A stretch of 64,000 nt of DNA, taken from an uncultured Candidatus Saccharibacteria bacterium (lineage in GTDB: Bacteria > Patescibacteriota > Saccharimonadia > Saccharimonadales > CAZVRA01). Positions 55,041 through 64,000 of this stretch are shown in pieces. Position 1 is the first letter of the stretch. Each line of letters begins with the position of its first letter. The notes under the pieces are model-generated. The model did no database searches and was not told where the DNA came from. It worked only from the letters and a program-made list of their open reading frames with translations. The DNA lies in NCBI GenBank assembly GCA_964630055.1, contig CAZVRA010000002.1, forward strand, positions 79,021 through 143,020, written 5' to 3'. The translations under genes were made by a program, and so were the position numbers.

Positions 55041-55877
55041 TTAGGTTATTTCTATGCTTACTGGGCAGTGGTCTGAGCCCATCTGGCTAGGGTGAATCGC
55101 CGGATTTTTGACACTGCTGGCAATGCCGGCGCTAGCTAGCCAGTAGTCGATGCGCCAACCAACATTGCGGGCCCGGGCATTGGCCCAATGGGTCCACCAA
55201 CTGTAGGCATCGGCTAGGTCTGGATTAGCGGCTCTAAAAGTGTCGACAAAGCCGGCGGCCAGAAAGTCGCCAAAACGCTCGCGCTCTTGGTTGGTAAAGC
55301 CGTGTTTACCGACGTTGGGCTTGGGGTTGGCTAGGTCTATCTCGTTATGGGCAACGTTAAGGTCGCCGCAAAATAAAACTGGTTTTTTGGATCCTTTGTC
55401 ATCGATATTCTGCCCGCCAAATTTGCCGGCTTCTAGACCGCGGACGTAGGCTAGGAAGGCTGGGTCCCAGTGTTTGTAGCGCAGATCGAGCCGGCTTAGG
55501 TCGCCCTTGCTGTTGGGGGTGTAGACGTTGACCACCCAAAAGTCGGCAAATTCGGCGGCTATGACTCGGCCTTCGGCATTGGGGTCGCCGTAGGTGTCGC
55601 CAGTTAATTTGTACTGGCCGATAATGGCTTTTGGGAAGCCGTCGTGGTAGCGTAGCGCCGGTGTTTTGCTAAAAATTGCCGTGCCGCTGTAGCCGCGTTT
55701 CACGGCGCTATTCCAATGTTCGGTGTAGTCTGGCAGGTCTATTTCGACCTGGTCGCGGGCCGCTTTGGTTTCTTGCAAGCACAAAATATCTGGATTATGC
55801 TGGGCAATAAACTTGGTAAACTCACCCTTGTTAATAACGGCGCGAATTCCATTGACGTTCCAGCTATATAACTTCAT
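55041..55877 (-). CDS. xth: exodeoxyribonuclease III
   Basis: MKLYSWNVNGIRA, LQETK, GDLNVAHNEIDL and SDHCPV motifs. Confidence 0.9.
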   Translation of the reverse strand: MKLYSWNVNGIRAVINKGEFTKFIAQHNPDILCLQETKAARDQVEIDLPDYTEHWNSAVKRGYSGTAIFSKTPALRYHDGFPKAIIGQYKLTGDTYGDPNAEGRVIAAEFADFWVVNVYTPNSKGDLSRLDLRYKHWDPAFLAYVRGLEAGKFGGQNIDDKGSKKPVLFCGDLNVAHNEIDLANPKPNVGKHGFTNQERERFGDFLAAGFVDTFRAANPDLADAYSWWTHWANARARNVGWRIDYWLASAGIASSVKNPAIHPSQMGSDHCPVSIEIT

Positions 55878-55912
55878 AAAGCATAGTATAACAGATGAGA
55901 TCTACTATTAGT

Positions 55913-56965
55913 TTAGGGTATCCTCATCAGGACGGCGGTGGTGTCGTCGGCCTTGGCGCGGCTAAGTTGATTTATGCCCTGCCGAGCGGTGTCGCCGAAT
56001 ATTCGGGCTCTGTTAACCAATTGCTCGGTGGCTTTGCCGGGGTCCGAGGACTCTTGAACAATTCGTCTAATTTGATCGGTGGTTAGATTGTCGTGAACGC
56101 CGTCGCTAGTAAGCAGAATTATGTCGCCTGGCCCGACTGGCTCTATGTAGGTGTCGACATACTTGGCTGGTGCTTGGCCTAAGTTGCTGCTAATTACATT
56201 TCTGGTAGCAAATATTGCTTTTTCTTCGTCTGTTAGGCTGTTTGCATCTTGAGCGTTGGCCATTTTTTGTTGCAGGGACATGGCTGTTTGGAAGGTAGGA
56301 TTATTTTCTTGCTGGTCTTCGGCACTTGTTATTGGCTGAACCGGAGATGCTTTTACGTATTGCTTGTCGTGGTCGAGGGTTATTATTTTGATTTCTAGTT
56401 CGCCATCCAACCCAGTTGACAATTTATAGGCCCGACAATCGCCAATATTGCCAATGGCCATGTATTGACCCTGTTCGTCGGCATACAGTTTGGCAATTAA
56501 AGCTGTGGTGCCACTACCAAATTCTAGTGGTATGTCATGCACTGCGGCGGCGGCTTCGTCCAGATACTCGGTCATTAGTTCTCTGGCTGCTTGCCGGGTG
56601 GCTGGTGGCTCTTGGTCGGCGTCGGCTAGTAAATCGCTTAATACTTCGCTAGCGGTTTGAGCGGCGGTTTCGGAGGTAGCGTAGTTGCCAATGCCGTCAA
56701 AAACACCAGCCGTGCCAATTGTTTCGTCGGCAAAAGCAACATCTTTATTATGGCCTTCTACTTTGGGTAGGCTGTGACTGTAGCAATCTACCAGGGTGTC
56801 TCGCCACTGTTCGGGCCCATTTGGCTGGTCGGTTGGGTCAACGGATATGGCCGGAAACTCGGCCGTGTCGTTAATGTCTACAATTGGTACCTCACCTGTG
56901 GCCATGGGGTCGTTATTTGCTTGGTTCTGGTCTGGCTGAGGTGGTCTAATGCTATCGTTGTTCAT
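55913..56965 (-). CDS. PP2C-family Ser/Thr protein phosphatase
   Basis: GVFDGIGN, GTTALIA and LLTSDGVHDNL metal-binding Asp motifs. Confidence 0.7.
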   Translation of the reverse strand: MNNDSIRPPQPDQNQANNDPMATGEVPIVDINDTAEFPAISVDPTDQPNGPEQWRDTLVDCYSHSLPKVEGHNKDVAFADETIGTAGVFDGIGNYATSETAAQTASEVLSDLLADADQEPPATRQAARELMTEYLDEAAAAVHDIPLEFGSGTTALIAKLYADEQGQYMAIGNIGDCRAYKLSTGLDGELEIKIITLDHDKQYVKASPVQPITSAEDQQENNPTFQTAMSLQQKMANAQDANSLTDEEKAIFATRNVISSNLGQAPAKYVDTYIEPVGPGDIILLTSDGVHDNLTTDQIRRIVQESSDPGKATEQLVNRARIFGDTARQGINQLSRAKADDTTAVLMRIP

Positions 56966-57033
56966 GCTAGTATTTTAGCATGAATGTTTTTTAGGTTCGA
57001 TATTGGGCAAAAATAAAAGTTGTGGTTCAAAGC

Positions 57034-57123
57034 TGGCGGAGGAGACAGGATTTGAACCTGCGAGAGACTTGCGCCTCAACACGCTTTCCAGGCGTGCGCC
57101 TTAAACCACTCGGCCACTCCTCC
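57034..57123 (-). tRNA. tRNA-Ser (GGA)
   Basis: Reverse complement folds as GGAGGAG acceptor, anticodon loop CTGGAAA, long variable arm, T-loop GGTTCAAATCC, CCA. Confidence 0.9.
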
Positions 57124-57285
57124 AGGCAGCAATATTGTAGCATAGCTGCAGATCGGACCGACCGGTTCGATTATTTTGCCAGCAAAAAGTCGTATGCACT
57201 TTTTACTACATTTTTATCTTGCCCTTAGCTATAGTGGTAGCGTAGAATATAATAATAATATCAAAATATCAATAGGCCTCACGCT

Positions 57286-58200
57286 ATGTCCATTATTAGT
57301 CTTAAAGACATAAGTAAATTGTATGGTTTTGGAAATGCCACCACAGTAGCATTAGACGAAGTTAGTCTAGACATTGAAGCTGGCGAGTTTGTGGCGGTGA
57401 TGGGACCCAGCGGATCTGGCAAGTCCACTCTTATGCATATAATTGCTTTGCTAGACAAGCCAACACATGGCCATTATTTATTTGACGGCAAAAAAAGTTC
57501 TCACTTATTTAGCAATCAGCGAGCCAAAATTCGCCGCGATCAGATTGGCTTTGTGTTTCAGTCGTTCAACTTACTTCCTAAGTTAACGGTCATAGAAAAC
57601 GTTGCCCTACCCTTGTTCTATAAGGGGCTTAGTCGGACTAAAAGTTTGCGCCAGGCGGCGACTGTTTTAGAACAAGTTGGACTTAGCGACAGGGCTTATT
57701 TTTTGCCGCACCAGCTGAGCGGCGGCCAGGTGCAGCGGGCGGCTATTGCTCGAGCACTTATCAACAGTCCGTCTATTATTATTGCCGACGAGCCCACCGG
57801 CAACCTAGACAGTGCCTCTAGCCTGGTTATTATGGAGCTTTTGAGTGAGCTGCATAAAACTGGTCACACTATTTTGATGGTTACCCATAACCCTGGTTTG
57901 ACTCGGTTTGCTGACCGGGTGGTTTATATGCACGACGGTAGTATCGTGCACGACCAGCAAACAAAAGTTGGTGAACTGCCTGATTTTGCGCGCCAGCGGA
58001 TGATGGTTTTCCCACGGCGGCGCAGCGAAGATGATCAAGCCCGCGGCGTGTCGGAGCTCATGAAAGCCATACCACAGAACTTAAGTCGGCCGACTTCCAG
58101 TAAGACAAGGTCTAGGGTGGGCAAAAAGTCGGTGTCGGTCCGTGGCCCACGTCGGGCTAGCCGACGTAGTCGGGTTAAGCAACGTGAGGCATCACGATGA
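57286..58200 (+). CDS. ABC transporter ATP-binding protein (MacB-type) with basic C-terminal tail
   Basis: Walker [26 protein letters not shown]. ~75-aa Arg/Ser-rich tail. Confidence 0.9.
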   Translation: MSIISLKDISKLYGFGNATTVALDEVSLDIEAGEFVAVMGPSGSGKSTLMHIIALLDKPTHGHYLFDGKKSSHLFSNQRAKIRRDQIGFVFQSFNLLPKLTVIENVALPLFYKGLSRTKSLRQAATVLEQVGLSDRAYFLPHQLSGGQVQRAAIARALINSPSIIIADEPTGNLDSASSLVIMELLSELHKTGHTILMVTHNPGLTRFADRVVYMHDGSIVHDQQTKVGELPDFARQRMMVFPRRRSEDDQARGVSELMKAIPQNLSRPTSSKTRSRVGKKSVSVRGPRRASRRSRVKQREASR

Positions 58201-59429
58201 CACGCGGCAATTTACGCCTGGCTGTGCGGTCGCTACGTCAAAGCCGTTCGCGTAGCATCATGACCATGTTTGGGGTTATTATTGGTGTTTCGGCGGTTAT
58301 TACTACCATGGCTCTCGGCGAAGGCCTAAAGCGGCAAGTTGTGGGACAAATTTCACAGCTAGGACGCGACCTAATAACTATCAGGCCTGGTAGGCTTGTC
58401 GAACGTGATGATTCTGGCGCCATCCGCAAGGTTAACATTGCGGCAACTTATGGCGCCGGAGCCGGCAGTTTAAGCGAGCAAGATCTAGCCACAATTAAAG
58501 GTACGGCCGGCATAAAAATACAATCGCCAGTTAGTGTCATGCAAAGCTCAGCTCAGTTATCGGATGGGCGTTCACAAGCGGTGTCGGTGTTGGGTGTCAA
58601 CGAAAAACTGCCCGAACTCATAGGCCAAAAGGTCGAAGTAGGCAGCTTTTTTGATGCCGCCGAGCAAAATCGGCACGTGGCGGTTATTGGCAAAACTGTC
58701 GCCGATGAACTATTCAGAGAAACAGCTCCTATTGGCATGACTCTTACTATACGCGGTCAGGACTACATTGTTAGAGGCGTTTTTGAAACCTTCGATACTA
58801 CTCCGTTTGGTCCGGCTATAGATATGAATCGGTCCATTTATGTGCCGTCCGGCGTGCTTAAAGAAGCGTCGGCCAATAATGTGCAAATTTTGCAGGTTTT
58901 GCTGCGCCCAACTGAACCGGCTCAAACTGACCGTTTGGTGGCGTCGCTGAACAAAAGTTTACTAGCAGCTCATGGTGGGCAGTCAGATGTTACGGTGCTT
59001 AAACAAGACGAAAACTTGCTAGTAGCCAACAAAGTCTTGCAAATTATTACTATGTTTGTGGCCAGTGTGGCTGGCATTGCCCTGCTGGTGGGCGGAGTCG
59101 GCATTATGAACATCATGCTGGCGGCAGTTAGCGAGCGAACCCACGAAATCGGCATTAGAAAAGCCGTTGGCGCCACTAACCAACAAATTTTGCGACAGTT
59201 CTTAACCGAAGCCAGTGTGCTTAGCGTAGTTGGCGGTCTGCTTGGTGTTTTGGTGGCCACAGCGGCAGTTTTCTTGATTCGCGTAACTACCAATCTTAAG
59301 CCAGTAATCAGCTGGCAAGTGTGCGTTGTAGCCGTGTCGGTATCGATAGCCATTGGGTTGATTTTTGGTATTGTGCCGGCCATTAAGGCGGCTCGCAAAG
59401 ACCCGATAGATTCTTTGCGCCGAGCTTAA
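58197..59429 (+). CDS. MacB/FtsX-type ABC permease
   Basis: MacB_PCD-like periplasmic domain between TM1 and a C-terminal FtsX bundle. 4-nt overlap with the ATPase gene. Confidence 0.85.
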   Translation: MTRGNLRLAVRSLRQSRSRSIMTMFGVIIGVSAVITTMALGEGLKRQVVGQISQLGRDLITIRPGRLVERDDSGAIRKVNIAATYGAGAGSLSEQDLATIKGTAGIKIQSPVSVMQSSAQLSDGRSQAVSVLGVNEKLPELIGQKVEVGSFFDAAEQNRHVAVIGKTVADELFRETAPIGMTLTIRGQDYIVRGVFETFDTTPFGPAIDMNRSIYVPSGVLKEASANNVQILQVLLRPTEPAQTDRLVASLNKSLLAAHGGQSDVTVLKQDENLLVANKVLQIITMFVASVAGIALLVGGVGIMNIMLAAVSERTHEIGIRKAVGATNQQILRQFLTEASVLSVVGGLLGVLVATAAVFLIRVTTNLKPVISWQVCVVAVSVSIAIGLIFGIVPAIKAARKDPIDSLRRA

Positions 59430-59481
59430 AGCCAATCAAAGCCAAATCGGCTAGCTTTTTCTTTTTTATTGGGCTTATGCT

Positions 59482-60882
59482 ATGATTGCTAATAGAATGG
59501 CCAGTCAAAAAGATCTTTTTACGAAAACTGTCGAGGTACCGGCAGAGCTGCTAGACTCAGCCGTAGAAGCAGGCATAAAGCTCAAAAATAATGCTCAGCA
59601 CATGCCTGTGCCCAATGTTGTAAAAAAGACTAGCGGTTATTGGAATATGCTGGGGCCCGGCTTAACCACTGGCGCATCCGACGACGACCCATCGGGAATT
59701 GCTACCTATTCGCAAGCTGGGGCTGCCTATGGGTTTCAGTTTTTGTGGATGGCTTTATTTACCTTTCCGCTAATGGCTATAGTGCAAGAAATGTGCGCCC
59801 GTATAGGGCTAGTCACCGGCCGTGGATTAGCAGGAAATATACGTCTTCACTTTTCGAAACGTTTGCTCAAGATATGCACATTGCTGCTTTTTATGGCCAA
59901 TGCCTTTAATATTGGCGCCGATTTAGGAGCTATGGCCCAAGGAGTGCAACTGCTGAGGCCTAGTCTGTCATTTAGCTGGCTGGTTGTTGGCTTTGCTGTG
60001 CTATGTTTGATGATGCAAGTTTTTACGCCCTATTCTCGTTATGCCAAGTACCTTAAATGGCTGGCGATGATACTGCTGGCCTACATTTTTTCGGCTATTT
60101 TGGCGCGCCTTAACTGGGGCGAAGTATTAAAAGCCACCATTACCCCAGATGTTCACTTTACCAGAGACCAGCTGCTACTAGTTTGTGCAATATTGGGCAC
60201 TACTATCTCCCCGTATTTGTTTTTTTGGCAAACATCGCAAGAGATTGAGCAGCAAATTGTTCAAGGCAAAACATCTATAGCCTCGCGCAAAGGCAGCGAT
60301 GCTGCCGAAATTCACCATATGAGAGTCGATGTTTGGTCCGGCATGATTCTGTCTAATGTGGTGATGTTTTTTATTTTGGCCGCCTGTGGCGCTGTGCTTT
60401 ACAAAAATGGCATAACTAACATAGCCACTGCCGCCCAAGCTGCCGAAGCGCTTCGGCCCTTTGCTGGCGGCGCAACTTATTACCTTTTTGCACTAGGTAT
60501 TATTGGTACGGGTATGTTGGCAATTCCGGTACTGGCTGGCTCTAGCTCATACGCTATTGCCGAAACGCTCGGTTGGCGCGGCGGTCTAAACAGCAAACTG
60601 CGGCAGGCTCGGGCTTTTTATGGTGTTATTATTATTTCTATGCTGGTGGGTCTAGGCATGAATTTTGTTGGCATCGACCCTATAAAAGCGTTAATATACT
60701 CCGCAGTCGGCAATGGTATTGTGGCTCCTCTGGTTCTTTTGCCGATAGTGCTGATTAGCAGCAATCGCAAGATTATGGGTGAATGGGTTAACCGGCCAAT
60801 AGTTACGGTATTTGGTTGGGTGGTGATTATTATCATGACAGTGGCTGGTATTGGCGCTATCGCTTCGCTGTTCATGTCATAA
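59482..60882 (+). CDS. NRAMP-family divalent metal transporter
   Basis: GPGLTTGASDDDPSGIATYSQAG signature, ~11 TM. Confidence 0.8.
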   Translation: MIANRMASQKDLFTKTVEVPAELLDSAVEAGIKLKNNAQHMPVPNVVKKTSGYWNMLGPGLTTGASDDDPSGIATYSQAGAAYGFQFLWMALFTFPLMAIVQEMCARIGLVTGRGLAGNIRLHFSKRLLKICTLLLFMANAFNIGADLGAMAQGVQLLRPSLSFSWLVVGFAVLCLMMQVFTPYSRYAKYLKWLAMILLAYIFSAILARLNWGEVLKATITPDVHFTRDQLLLVCAILGTTISPYLFFWQTSQEIEQQIVQGKTSIASRKGSDAAEIHHMRVDVWSGMILSNVVMFFILAACGAVLYKNGITNIATAAQAAEALRPFAGGATYYLFALGIIGTGMLAIPVLAGSSSYAIAETLGWRGGLNSKLRQARAFYGVIIISMLVGLGMNFVGIDPIKALIYSAVGNGIVAPLVLLPIVLISSNRKIMGEWVNRPIVTVFGWVVIIIMTVAGIGAIASLFMS

Positions 60883-60925
60883 CCATGCGATGTCATTATA
60901 CGCTGGGGTGTGACATAATATAGGC

Positions 60926-61621
60926 ATGCAATACCGGCCCCTAAAACCACGCAAACCAGATGACGACGTCAACAACACTGCGCCGGTGCGCGACCGAGCG
61001 GCCACTAGCCAGCCGCTTGATCCAAACCTTTTCAGCGAACGTTTGTATCAGTGGCTTAATAACGACCAGCCAAAGACACTGGCCGAGCTGGACAACCTCT
61101 TCGGCGAAAAAAGTTTTGCGGTGGCATTTATGCTTTTGCTGTTTTTTCCGGCCCTGCCTTTGCCCACTGGCGGCATCAGCCATGTAACAGAAATATTGGC
61201 CATAATTTTGGCTTTGCAGATGATTATTGGCCGTCGTTCCCTTTGGCTGCCCCAGAAATTGCTCCACCGGTCACTGGGCGAGACCACCGAAAAAAAAGTA
61301 TTGCCGTTTATGGTTAAACGAATTCGGTGGTTTCAGCAATTTTCACGGCCCCGACTCGGCGGTATATTAAAATTACGCTTAACACGCATTTTTATTGGCT
61401 TAATAATAATAATTTTTAGCTTAGCAGCCTTTTTTGCCGTCCCCTTTTCGGGCCTAGATACTTTGCCTTCGGTCGGCGTAGTGGTAATAGCTTTGGCCAT
61501 GCTTTTAGACGACATTGTTTTATTTTTGGCTGGACTGGGTATTGGGGCTATTGGCACCAGCCTAGTTATTGGCAGCGGGGCCGCGCTTGGCTCTGTTCTG
61601 CGCTATTTCTTTCAGGCCTAA
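60926..61621 (+). CDS. ExoD-family membrane protein
   Basis: LFGEKSFAVAFMLLLFFPALPLPTGGISHV... is typical of exopolysaccharide synthesis ExoD family proteins. Confidence 0.65.
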   Translation: MQYRPLKPRKPDDDVNNTAPVRDRAATSQPLDPNLFSERLYQWLNNDQPKTLAELDNLFGEKSFAVAFMLLLFFPALPLPTGGISHVTEILAIILALQMIIGRRSLWLPQKLLHRSLGETTEKKVLPFMVKRIRWFQQFSRPRLGGILKLRLTRIFIGLIIIIFSLAAFFAVPFSGLDTLPSVGVVVIALAMLLDDIVLFLAGLGIGAIGTSLVIGSGAALGSVLRYFFQA

Positions 61622-61692
61622 TTAGGTATCCTGCCCAAGGGGCGTGTATACTAGCATTAAAGTGCTAACCCTAATTTTAAGGATTCTAGTCA

Positions 61693-62616
61693 GTGATAAA
61701 AATTGTTCGTAGTAGCGCCAAATCACCGGAATTAACACCACTTGATAGCGTACAAAGTGGCGCCTGGCTTTTAGTAGAGTCTCCAACCAAGGCCGAGCTA
61801 GAGCATGTCGCAGCAGTTTGCCATATAGACATCGATCTGCTGCTTGATAGTATCGACCCCAATGAGTCGCCTCGCATAGAACGAGACGGCGAAACAGTTT
61901 ATATTTTTACTCGCTATTGCTTGCCCGAGCAAGAAAAATTAACTACTGCTCCTATGCTTATTGTTTATGGCCACGGTATTGTGGCGCTTATTAGCTCTCG
62001 TCCTCTACCCAGTCCTGAGCAAATTTTGGGAAGCAGCAGCGTCATGACCAGCAAACGAGCCCAGCTAATACTGCAAATACTGAGCTTTATAAATAGCGGT
62101 TTTAAACGAAGAATAAATTTGGCTAGTCGCCGAATTTGGCAACTTAGAACTCAGCTTAATAAAGAGCATATCGCCAACGAAGATTTTATTGCTTTTATAG
62201 ATATAGAGGAGGATCTTAATGACATGCTATTGGTGCTGGAGCCAATGGGTGGTGTGTTGCAGACCTTGCTAAACGGCCGTTTTATGCGTTTGTACGAAGA
62301 AGACCGCGACCTGGTTGAGGATCTGTCGCTTGGCACGAAAGAGCTAACAATATTGGCCAATTCACGACTGAGCACCCTGAGAAATATTCGCGAAGCTTAC
62401 AGCACAATTACAGCCAACAACCTAAACCGTATTTTTAAACTAATGACGAGTATTACAATTTTAATGAGCATTTTTGGTACAATGACCGGCATTTACAGTA
62501 TGAACTTATATGTGCCTTTCCAGAATCGGCAAATTGCTTTTTGGGCAGTTATGGGAATCACTTTTTCGCTTATAACTGTTGCCGCCTTTATTTTTCGGCA
62601 CAAACGTTGGCTATAA
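61693..62616 (+). CDS. CorA-like metal ion transporter (variant SMN motif)
   Basis: C-terminal two TMs with GIYSMNLYVPF in place of the canonical YGMNF. GTG start. Confidence 0.65.
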   Translation: MIKIVRSSAKSPELTPLDSVQSGAWLLVESPTKAELEHVAAVCHIDIDLLLDSIDPNESPRIERDGETVYIFTRYCLPEQEKLTTAPMLIVYGHGIVALISSRPLPSPEQILGSSSVMTSKRAQLILQILSFINSGFKRRINLASRRIWQLRTQLNKEHIANEDFIAFIDIEEDLNDMLLVLEPMGGVLQTLLNGRFMRLYEEDRDLVEDLSLGTKELTILANSRLSTLRNIREAYSTITANNLNRIFKLMTSITILMSIFGTMTGIYSMNLYVPFQNRQIAFWAVMGITFSLITVAAFIFRHKRWL

Positions 62617-62638
62617 AATAGCGGAGTAGACGCTAGTT

Positions 62639-62965
62639 TTATTTGCTATCTATGCGGTAATGTTCCTGCATGTAAAGCAGATCTTTGACGAATCTATCTA
62701 GGCTGTCGTGAATAGTTTGATTGTCGTGTTCATCTATTAGTTTATCTAGGCTTGTGGCTAATGTGGCAAAGTATTCGCCTGACCTTACTTGTAAATGAAG
62801 ATCTGAACGATTAGGGTCTAGGTGCTGGCTAAAGCTACTACTGTCTTGGTAGTCTTGCCTGTCATGCAAATAATTGGTTGTCTGGCCGTCGTGGCTTGTA
62901 GCTGGTGCAGTGGGTATTAGTTTATAGTCTTGGACTGGATCTTGAGTTATTTTGTCAGTTGGCAT
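62639..62965 (-). CDS. hypothetical acidic protein
   Basis: 108-aa ORF overlapping the radC stop by 11 nt (same strand). Confidence 0.35.
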   Translation of the reverse strand: MPTDKITQDPVQDYKLIPTAPATSHDGQTTNYLHDRQDYQDSSSFSQHLDPNRSDLHLQVRSGEYFATLATSLDKLIDEHDNQTIHDSLDRFVKDLLYMQEHYRIDSK

Positions 62966-63758
62966 CGGCTGTGTCCTGTTTAGTTGATATGTCGTTTAAT
63001 ACACTTCGAAAGGCATCGTCGGCAATTATAAGGTGGTCTAGTAGTTCTATGCCTAGTATTTGGCCGGCCTTCATTAGTTGCTTAGTTACACTTATGTCGG
63101 CTTCGGTTGGCGTTAGATTTCCAGAAGGATGGTTGTGCCCAATAATAATTGCTACGGCGCCCTGCTCTATTGCTGGGCTAAATACTTCGCGTGGGTGCAC
63201 AATATTGGCCGTTAACGATCCGACGGATATAACCTCGTCATGTATGACTTCGTGGCGACTGTTTAAATACAAACCACGGAGCTGTTCTTTGTTGCTTAAT
63301 GATATACCTTTGATATGGTCGAATGCTTGTCTAGCAGTTCGCACAAAAACTGGCCGGCCGGATCGTTTTTCGAAAAAACGTCGCCCCAATTCAAAACCAG
63401 CTATCAATTGGCAAGCCTTGGCGGTGGGTATATTTAGGGTTTGAGCTAATTTTACTGGGTCGGTTTCGTGCATTATGGCGGTTTCGCCGTATTCTTTTAA
63501 GACACGGTGCGCCATGTTCATGACATCTTCTTTTTTGGTACCAACTCCCCATAAAACCGATACAATTTCGGCCATAGACAGATTGGAGGGGCCATATTCT
63601 ATGAGGCGTTCACGGGGTCGTTGGTCGTCCGGCAGGTCGCGGACACGAAGTACATATCGGGTGTCTTCGCCAACTATAACTCCGTAGTCTGTTAGCTTGT
63701 AAGCGGTGGGTTTATAATTTACTGGGAACTTTGAATGTGATGATTGTTTGGTCGGCAT
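62955..63758 (-). CDS. radC: RadC-like JAB-domain protein
   Basis: HNHPSGNLTPTEADISVT JAMM-like motif and HhH region. Start placed at ATG 63758, because the track TTG 63827 lies inside the direct-repeat box. Confidence 0.8.
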   Translation of the reverse strand: MPTKQSSHSKFPVNYKPTAYKLTDYGVIVGEDTRYVLRVRDLPDDQRPRERLIEYGPSNLSMAEIVSVLWGVGTKKEDVMNMAHRVLKEYGETAIMHETDPVKLAQTLNIPTAKACQLIAGFELGRRFFEKRSGRPVFVRTARQAFDHIKGISLSNKEQLRGLYLNSRHEVIHDEVISVGSLTANIVHPREVFSPAIEQGAVAIIIGHNHPSGNLTPTEADISVTKQLMKAGQILGIELLDHLIIADDAFRSVLNDISTKQDTADAN

Positions 63759-63817
63759 GTCTTTAGTATAACAAGTAGTGCCTCGATACAAACCCTTAGT
63801 TTGGACTTTTTTAGAAA

Positions 63818-63837
63818 TATTTAACAAGTATTTAACA
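63818..63837 (+). promoter_or_regulatory. direct-repeat box site 3 (TATTTAACAAGTATTTAACA)
   Basis: 18/20 identity to the reverse complement of sites 1 and 2. TATTTAACAA occurs twice at 11-bp period. GATAAT lies 6 nt downstream on the plus strand. Confidence 0.45.
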
Positions 63838-63858
63838 ACTGTGGATAATTAAATATTT

Positions 63859-64000
63859 TTACCAACGGTCGTGTTCTATTGTGACAGAAGCCACTAGAGT
63901 TTTGGGTAAATCCTGATTGGCATTATCTACGTCCATTTGTGTTATGAATTCATCTATGCCTAACGAAACTGCTCCCAGGTTAACTACGCATATATTAACT
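63859..64000 (-). CDS. 3' end of a gene continuing beyond the window
   Basis: 47 stop-free codons on the minus strand ending ...ASVTIEHDRW-stop at 63859. Too short for the ORF track and the product is unknown. Confidence 0.3.
   Translation of the reverse strand, partial: VNICVVNLGAVSLGIDEFITQMDVDNANQDLPKTLVASVTIEHDRW

Noticed and set aside
1-64000. Search for CRISPR arrays, rRNA genes, IS elements, integrases, phage structural genes and toxin-antitoxin pairs.
   Set aside because: I found no spaced identical repeats of CRISPR type, no rRNA signature sequences, and no transposase, integrase or recombinase motifs in any track ORF. The only mobility hints are the tRNA-Glu duplication and the GC-shifted umuDC cassette, both reported above.

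Overview
This 64-kb window looks like a reduced, Gram-positive-type genome, consistent by inference with a Patescibacteria/Saccharibacteria-like organism. I support about 60 protein genes and 4 tRNAs (Gln-UUG, Glu-CUC, Leu-CAA, Ser-GGA). I saw no rRNA, CRISPR array, transposase or integrase. The left part is a minimal dcw cluster (mraZ-rsmH-ftsL-ftsI-mraY-ftsW-murG-ftsQ-like). Four GTGGGTA boxes sit upstream of mraZ, and no ftsA/ftsZ follows the cluster. Other genes include enolase, a D-2-hydroxyacid-dehydrogenase::phosphoglycerate-mutase fusion, topA, dprA, pth, der, gltX, xth and radC. There are also two MacB-type ABC pairs, two two-component systems, an FAD-oxidase/NDH-2 pair and a visibly GC-richer umuDC-like cassette. 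The most interesting signal is at 19.6-24.1 kb on the minus strand. In order it holds an OmpR-type response regulator and an untracked 39-codon ORF (good RBS, peptide ending ...SLPWSQE). These are followed by a ~6-TM histidine kinase, a 448-aa protein with isoprenyl-diphosphate-synthase-like Asp-rich motifs and a polytopic membrane protein. This component set resembles the Bacillus ComQXPA prenylated-peptide quorum-sensing system. A 20-nt box with an internal 11-bp direct repeat (TTTAACAAnTATTTAACA core) lies upstream of this operon. It recurs identically next to dprA and 18/20 next to radC, which suggests a small regulon linking the cassette to DNA-uptake genes. A ~460-nt promoter-to-terminator structured leader or ncRNA (30.17-30.63 kb) is unclassified. 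All functional links are inference from sequence only.
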